A stretch of 64,000 bases of DNA, from assembly GCA_000004985.1 (NCBI GenBank), contig GG738853.1; one strand, written 5' to 3'. The stretch's first letter is position 1; every line of letters begins with the position of its first letter. Below are positions 56,441-64,000 of this stretch, one piece after another. The notes beneath the pieces are model-generated. The model was not told the origin of the DNA. It worked only from the letters and a program-made list of their open reading frames with translations, and did no database searches. Position numbers and translations under genes: made by a program. This DNA is from Naegleria gruberi. Lineage: Eukaryota.

Positions 56441-59400
56441 ATGAAAACAAGTGTTCCCAACAGTGTTCGTTCAATTTCATCTGGGCTCGGTAGTAGTGTA
56501 GTTTCAAATGGCATTAACCAAGCTGCAGTGTATAGTAATGGATCTGTTGCTTCATCAATATCAAATAACCATAATCAGGAAGGAATAGCAATTGGTGGAT
56601 GTGGAGGATTCCAAGCTTTTCCTAATCAAATAATATTTAAAGATTTTGAAGCTCCAGGAAATTATAAAGAAACGATTAGTTTTAGAAATAATGACAATGT
56701 AAGTAGGAAGAAAAAATGGAATAAGGATGAATAATTGAATACTCAGGTTTCCAGAAGAATTAGCATTTTCGCTCCAAAGTCTAGGTTTTTCAAAGTGGAA
56801 CCAGTTAAAAAAAATACTTCGAACACTTTAGTGGCACCAGGTTTAGATGTCACTTTCAATGTTTTCTTTTCTCCCGATGAAAAAATAGACTATTCATGTG
56901 ATCTTATTGTTAGGACAGAACAAGATGAATTTACAGTACCAATTATTGCTATAGGATTGAGAGGTAAGCTTTTAAAAGTTAATTATTATTAACTCTTGTA
57001 GCCCTTTTGGATCTTCCCGAGTCTGTTACTTTTGATGATGCTCCAGTAAAGCACACTTCTTCAAAAGTTATTTACGTAAGAAACATTGGTAAAAGTAGAT
57101 CGAAAGGATTCAGTTTGGAAGCAGACTTACCTTTTGATGTTTCTCCAAGAGAAGTACCAGAATTAAATGTTGGTGAAGGAGTTCAAATTAGTATTAGTTT
57201 TAATCCAGAAAAGACCCAGCAATATACAGGCAAATTAAAGCTAGGATTTGATACAATTAATTATAAGACAGTTTTACTGCAAGGTGTCGGAAAAAGTGCA
57301 AATGTAAAATTGGATACAAACGTAATGGCTCTTCCTAATACATATATAACATGTAAAACTCAAAGAACTATGAGAATTATTAACAACAGCAATATTCGTG
57401 TAAATTTTAATTGGAAACTTTTTGCTTTAGTGGAGGATGAATTTAGTTATAAGACAAAATCTATTGCTCAACTAGGAACACAATACGATGAAACAACTCG
57501 AGAATATAGATTAAAAAAGAGAGAAATTGAAAATGATGATATGAGCTTTAGAGATGAAGCATTTTCAATTTATCCAATCAAGGGAGAAATATGGCCAAAT
57601 CAAGAACTTGAAATTTCAGTAGACTTTCACCCAACTAAGGAGATAGATTTCGAAAAAATAGCATTTTGTGAGGTAACAGGTAGAGAAACTCGATTACCTC
57701 TTAAATTACAAGGCAGAGGACGAGGACCTAATGTCTCATTCTCTTATACAGAAATTAATATTGGTGAAATATTTATTAACTCTGTTCATGAATATGAAGT
57801 GAGACTTGATAATAAGGGACAAATAGGAGCTAGTTTTGATCTCATAAAACCAAGCTCTTTATTTGGTCCAAAGTTCCAATTTGTTCCTCAAAGTGGATAT
57901 GTTGCAGCAACAGAATCACAAATTATCAAAATATTTTTCAATTCAGATATCATTGGTAGTTTTGAAGAAGATATTTATTTTAGAATTGAAGGAAGACACG
58001 AGGATTTAAGATTACACTTTAGTGGCCAGATTATTGGACCTACTTTTAATTTTGATTGTAATGAAATTAACTTTGGAACTGTACCTTATGGATTCTTGAA
58101 TACAAAGTATATACAGATTATTAATACTTGCGAAATTCCAATGAAGTATACATTAAGAATACCAGAAGATGGAACAATGTTAAAAAGACAGTTTGATATT
58201 ATTCCAAGTGATGGTCACATTCTTCCTCACACAAAGAAGCAGATTAAGATTGAATATCTATCATCTAAATTGAAAGATTATAAGGCTAATCTCGTTGTAG
58301 ATGTTGAAGGTGTAGGTGATAATTTAATTTATCTTCCTATTTTAGCAACTACTGTTTCACCAATGATAACATTACCTAAACCACATATTGATTTTGGAGA
58401 ATGTTTTATTGGATATGAATATAAGAATTTTTTGGATTTGGTAAATAATACAGCTTTATCATCCAAGTATGAGATTATTCTTCCTTCAGAGGAAATACAA
58501 AAGCAATATGAATGTAGTACAGAATCATGCTTTGGTATTGTAAATAATAAGAGTACAAGTCAAGTAGAATTTTTATTCAAGTCTAAAGTGATTGGTGAAA
58601 TTTCATTCCCATTATATGTTAAAGTTGTTGGTAGTGAACAACCACCATTTGAAGTTATTGTTTCAGCTAAGTCTATCGGACCTGTGGTTCAATTGAGTGA
58701 GTCAGTTATTGATTTCGGAAAAGTTAATGTATTGGAGACAATCACAAAAACTATTCAACTTATTAACAAGTCACCAATAGTTGCTACCTACTCAGGAGTA
58801 TTCAAGGGAAAAATAGCTGGTATTTTCTCAGCCAAAACATTGTCTGGTAAAATAGAACCTAATGCATCAATTGATTTTGAGATAGAGGCCAACTTGGATG
58901 ATGTTACAAAGTTTTCAGATGAACTTGTATTTTCTATTGAATATGCTGATAAGCTTCCAGTTAAACTATCTGCATCTGGTAAAGGTAATACTATTATTGC
59001 AACAGAGTCTATGGATGTTATTGATTTTGGAGATCAATTCACAGCTACAGTTTTCAAAAAGATTATTACTTTGGAAAATAAGAGTAGAAAAGTTCAAAAG
59101 CTCTCATGGATGGCTGAAAGAAAAAAAGGAGATACAACTCCTCAAGTTTTCAAGATAACTCCTGAAAAAGTAATGATTCAAGCAAAAACAGCTCAGGTAT
59201 TCACTGTTGAAGGTTTTTGCGAGAGTGAAGGTGAGGTTTCAGAACCTTGGCAATGTAAAATTGCTGGTGGAAAGAAGGATGTGATAATTTTCAGCCCTGT
59301 GCTTAAATCTATGGTATCTGTTCCTTTACTCAAATTTTCTGATACATCCCTTAGCTTCATTTATAGTTATGTTAAAGGTGTTCCTCCATTGGTTCAGTCT

Positions 59401-62400
59401 AAGAGTTTGGAGGTTACCAATATTTCTCCATTACCAGTATCTTTTTCTGCAAAGCTTCAACCTCCATTCATGCTTGCTGTTTCTGATCATACTATTGGAC
59501 CTAATCAATCAAAAACATTGGATGTCCAATTCAATCCTGTATATAAGAGTGACAAACAAACAGCTGATATCAAGTCCAAGATGATTTTGACCTATACTGA
59601 TCATCCAAACAAGAGTTCTGTAGACCTCATTGGTTCTGTTCTCTTCCCTAATTTAGTCTTGAGTTCATCACTTATCGATTTTGGTACTGTTGTTGCTGAT
59701 GCTGAAAAAACTCACACAATAACAATGGAAAATAAGGGAAAGGTTACAGCAGTATTTTCATTTATTTTTGAAATTGCTGAAAATGGAGACCTCTCCACCT
59801 CCCAACTCTTTGACATTCTTCCAATGAATGGAATTATTGAGCCTGGTGAGAGTGTTGATGTGAAATTTATTTACAATGCCGCAAAATTTGGAGCTCACAC
59901 AGCAACTGCCATTTGCGAAGTAGAGGGTGGACCTGAATATATAGTGAATTTGAAGGGAGAATCTTCATCTGTAAAATTCAATGTGGATAATTCTGACCTT
60001 GATTTTGGAGTTGTTCCATTCCACTCACAACAAGAAAAAGAAATTGTAATTTCGAATACTGGAAAAATTGCTATTGACTTTGATTTTGATTTCTCTATAA
60101 TGAAGAGAAAAGAAATCGTTCAAGTTTTACCATCTAATGGAAGAATTAAACCTGGTGATAAACAGAAGGTTACCATTAAGCTTAATCCAAAAATTCCAGA
60201 GGTAATCAATGAGCAATTCACACTTATGGTGGCAATGTATGAACCAATAATAATTTCTGTCAAAGCATTGTCTGTTCATCCAATGCTTACAATATCAATG
60301 AAAACCAAAACAGAGGAAGAACCTGGTTCACCAATTTATACTAATCAACAAGATTTTGAAAAACATCTCGGTGCTGCTAAAAAACATGCTTCTAGAGGAA
60401 CCACATTAATGCAAGAAGCCATGAGAAGGTTGGGTTCAGAAGGAAAAAGCACCAGCTTTAAGAATTTGTCATTGGTACAATCAGTACAAAAAGAAGCCGA
60501 GAGATTGATGTTGTGCGATTATTTAATGGTAAATCCAATGAAGAGTGTCAAGGTTAAAAACTCGTTGGCTAGAGTTTCTAGAAGTACAAACCAAGTTAAA
60601 CAATTTGAACAACCAGATATTGTGTTACAACGTATGATTGTAGACTTTGGTGCAACCATAAAAGGTTTAACAAAGAAGAAGTCTTTCAAGCTTTCAAATG
60701 TTGGTATCTTACCAATATCAATCCAGGTAAACAAAAAGGACCTTGCTAAATATGGTATAACAATGGAGCCATCTGAAATTAGTAACCTTCCTGGATTCCC
60801 TGATAATCAATCTGTAAATGTTGAAATGTCATTCCAATCTAAAAGTGAAAAAGTCGAAATTGGCGAATATAATGCTGTTATACCTGTTAGAGTTACAAAT
60901 GGATATTTAATAGAAATTGAGGCTCGTGCAAGTGTTATTTTACCTGAAATTACAGTTTCAGAAAGTACTCTCAATTTTGGTGATGTAAATGTTGGCTATG
61001 CAAAAGTATACACTATCCAAATATTCAATGAAAAGGATGTTAATTCTGAGTGGTCTATTGAAGCAACAAAGAAGAAAGATAATCCTTTCACATTTGATAT
61101 TATGGGAGGTATATTAAGCCCTAGAGAAAAGAAGAACATTCAAGTCACTTTTATTCCAACTGGAGATAAGAAAAATTCACAAATTTTCTTATTGAAATGT
61201 AATTACAATCCTCAGCCAACCAAAATTACATGTAATGGTAATGGAAAAGATTTAAATATTAAGGTTGATTATGTTGAACAAGAAATGGGGCCTATTTTGC
61301 CATACGAATCAACAATTATACCTTTTACAATCAGTAACTCTAGTGAATGTGCTGTAGACCTTTATTCTGTTGAATTTGATGAGCAACTAAGAAGAGAATC
61401 AGAAATAATTCTAACATGTGATAGTTTTGAAAAGGGATACATACTGGCTAAACCTAGAGAATTTGGTGGTCCTCTGAATGAAGATATTTTAGAGAAATAT
61501 AATGAAATAACAAAACCTCCAAATCCAGAAGGTGATGACAAGCAAGAAAATCAAGATGTTGGCATAGGTCAGATAGATGAAACTCCTAAAAAGAGACATA
61601 TTTTTGTTTTTCATACTCCTCCTATGCCTTTAAGAACTGACTTGGCATCTTTTATTTCTACTTCGTTGAATATTCCAATCATTACTATAGATGAAACTCT
61701 CAAAGATTACAAATCAGCCCACTTGGATGAATCTTTATCAACAGTATCAATTTCTGATCTTATTGGACTTGCTATTTCCGAAAGAACTGGTCAAATTGAT
61801 TGCAAGAGAGGATTTATTATTGACGGTTTATATAATGCTATTTGTAATGATTTGGAGATGATTTCAAAAATTATTGTCGATAAGCTTCAAACTGAGTCTA
61901 TTAACTTTGTAAATATTGATGGAGTTGAAGCTGAAATTAGACTAAGTGGTATCACTGATCTCGTGGAAAAGGCAAGATCAGCTATGGATGAATCTAGATA
62001 TCCTAAACTCAGCGAGGAAGACTATGAATCGTTAGCTGAGGAAGCAAAGAGAATGTTTGAATTACAAATTAAAACATTCAGAGAAAACAAGATCCAATAC
62101 GATAAGCTTTACTCAGAGTTAACAAAAGTTGAAAGAGAACTTGAGGGAAGCTCCACCAAATTAATATCAGAAATTATTCAAGAGAGAAAGAAAGAAGATG
62201 AAGAATATCAAAAGAAGTTGGAAGAAGAGGCTAAAAAGGCTGGCAAGACAAAGAAAACAACTACTGGTAAAATTCCTTCAAAGTCTAGACCAACTACTCC
62301 CTCCTCTTCTGAAGTTATTCCTCCATATATTTCATTTATCGAGGAGCTTGCTATTCATGAAAATGAATCACAGTACGACATATTTATGAAACTTTACAAG

Positions 62401-64000
62401 AGATATTTCTTTGAAATAATATCCGTATTCAAAAAACTTCATTTAGAAGAAAGTCCAGTTGTAACAAACGATAAGAATAAGAACAAGGTTGTACAACCAA
62501 CAAAGAAAAAGGATGATATGGAAAATGTTATCATCACACAGAAATACATACCAGAAAAGAAGTCAGAAAACATGGATATGATTATGAAAAAAATTCCTGG
62601 TATCGAAGAATATTTCACACAAGAGACTGTTATTCAGACCCCAACAGAGCTATCAATTCCTGAACCATTCATCTTGCAAGTTATTAAGAAACCAACACCT
62701 CTTCAGTCTATTGATTTATCGACTCCATTTACTATTCTTTCAGGAAAGGACAGTGATGCAACCAGATGGACAGTGCAACCTGGTGGAAAACAAGAATTAT
62801 TCATCAAGTTCTCTTCTAAACAAATTGGAAAATTCGAAACTAATTTGTCTTTTGGAATATTTGGAAGAAATTCGCAATTTACCATTAAAACAAGTGGTAT
62901 GTGTCAGTATCCAGAAATCAGTACTTTCCACAAAAATGTTTTCAGTAGAAGAGTAAAAACAAGACCAGACAAAGGCCTTGCTAAGAAGTACATTATTAAT
63001 GAAAATGCATATGAATACGGACCTCTTCTTATTAGACCCTCATATGATATATCAGATGAATCCAATCTAAAAGAATATTTAGATGTTTTTAGATTTACTA
63101 ACAACGGTAAATTTACCAGTGAGGTAAATATTACTCTGGAAAAAGAAGACAAAACATTCAATATTGTACCACACCAATTGTCAATTCCACCCGATCAAAC
63201 TTCAGAGGTAAAGATTTGGGCCCTCCCTAAAACAGTGGGTAAAATCAAAAACTCTGTTATTTGCACTATCAAGAATAATCCAATTCCATACAAATTTGAT
63301 ATTTCTTGCACTGGATCAAAACCAAAGATTGAATTAGACAAGACTAAAATTGACTTTGGTAAGGTGCTGTTATCAAGTACAGGATATAACGAAACCATTA
63401 ACATCAAAAATATGGCCTACATTCCTGTTGTATGGAAGATTAAGAATAAGGCACATATCAAACAAGAGTTCACAATAGAACCTTCAGAGGGTAAATTAAT
63501 GCCTGGAGAAAATTCAGCTATTACTGTCAAGTTCAATTCTGCAGTGGCATGTGAATTAGAAGAAAAGATGATATTAACTGTATCAGATGCTCAAGAGATA
63601 TTAACACCAGAAGAAAATATTATTGTTCTTAAAGCAGATGCTTTTGGTCTTGATGTAAATATGGATTGTGTTTTAGATTTTGGTACTGTTAAAGTATACG
63701 AATCTAGCCCAAAGTCTATATCTATGACAAACAATGGTAAATATGATGCAGCTTTCAAGTTTGTTATACCTGATAAGTTAAAGTCATTCTTTACCATTAC
63801 ACCTATGGAAGGTGTACTTCAAACAAAGGCAAAGCAAAAAACAACTGTTGAAGTAGTTTTCAAAACCAATACTGAAGTTTTCTATAATAAGAACAAATCT
63901 ATTCAGTGCCAACTTGTTGATAATACAACAAAAATGGCTCTTGGAACTACTAATTTAGAGGTTTCTGTAAAGTCTATGTTCAGCAAATTCACCATTACTC
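56441..64000 (+). CDS. HYDIN: HYDIN (axonemal central-pair protein), 5' partial gene. Exons are 56441..56698 and 56747..56963, and 57002 onward is open to the window end, giving more than 2400 codons.
   Basis: The N-terminus aligns to human HYDIN: FQAFPNQIIFKDFEAPGNY vs FQPFPSEIIFQNYSPCEVY, TRLPLKLQGRGRGPNVSF vs IRLPLRIKGEGMGPKIHF, and HFSGQIIGPTFNFD vs TIRGCVIGPTFHFN. ASH/MSP-like modules repeat (IDFGxV...IxNxSxxP). The frame-1 ORF has no stop, so the track does not list it. Start context is aaaaaaaATG. Confidence 0.85.

Overview
This is an AT-rich nuclear segment of a eukaryote, with no prokaryotic signals. Coding regions run about 35-45% GC, intergenic DNA is usually above 85% AT, and the standard genetic code is used (genes end at TAA/TGA with conserved C-termini). 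The window is very gene-dense, with about 40 protein-coding genes on both strands. Introns are few and short (37-150 nt, GTAAGT/GTATGT/GTAGGT donors) and sit mostly near gene 5' ends. Start codons are preceded by an A-rich aaaaaATG context. Well-expressed genes use yeast-like C/G-ending codons (aag, ttg, ggt, aga), while weakly expressed genes use AT-rich codons. Confidently recognised genes are mitochondrial-type ATP synthase beta, clathrin heavy chain, cytosolic-type aspartate aminotransferase, RNR small subunit, RPL13, MCM7, prefoldin-2, TRM5, WDR4/Trm82, RMI1, a DNAJC3-like TPR-J protein, a PAP2 lipid phosphatase, two F-box/LRR proteins, a 7TM-RGS receptor, an RWP-RK factor and small heat shock proteins. 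Three motile-cilium genes are present (HYDIN in a 7-kb open exon running off the window, WDR92, a CCDC42/CFAP73-like DUF4200 protein), so the organism builds 9+2 flagella. The gene set, codon bias and 7TM-RGS architecture suggest a zoosporic early-diverging fungus or similar flagellated protist (low confidence). The most unusual content is a local expansion of DUF4116-repeat genes, including a 1065-aa protein of about 33 tandem repeats, a decayed copy and a 5' fragment. Next are an intronless secreted Lys/Cys-rich 323-aa protein and a roughly 85-aa helical insertion at the N-terminus of ATP synthase beta. A tandem sHSP duplication has one degenerate copy and a secretory N-terminal ORF that abuts the alpha-crystallin ORF one frame off. 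Prefoldin-2 is followed 4 nt later by a twin-CX9C ORF. Structural features include a MITE/foldback-like element, paired CTGCAG palindromes flanking a gene, a 10-bp minisatellite, and a frameshifted Cys-rich membrane-protein ORF hidden in the first 1.2 kb. My exon/intron boundaries come from hand translation and may be off by 1-2 nt; between about 17100 and 17165 my count disagreed with the ORF track by 1 nt.
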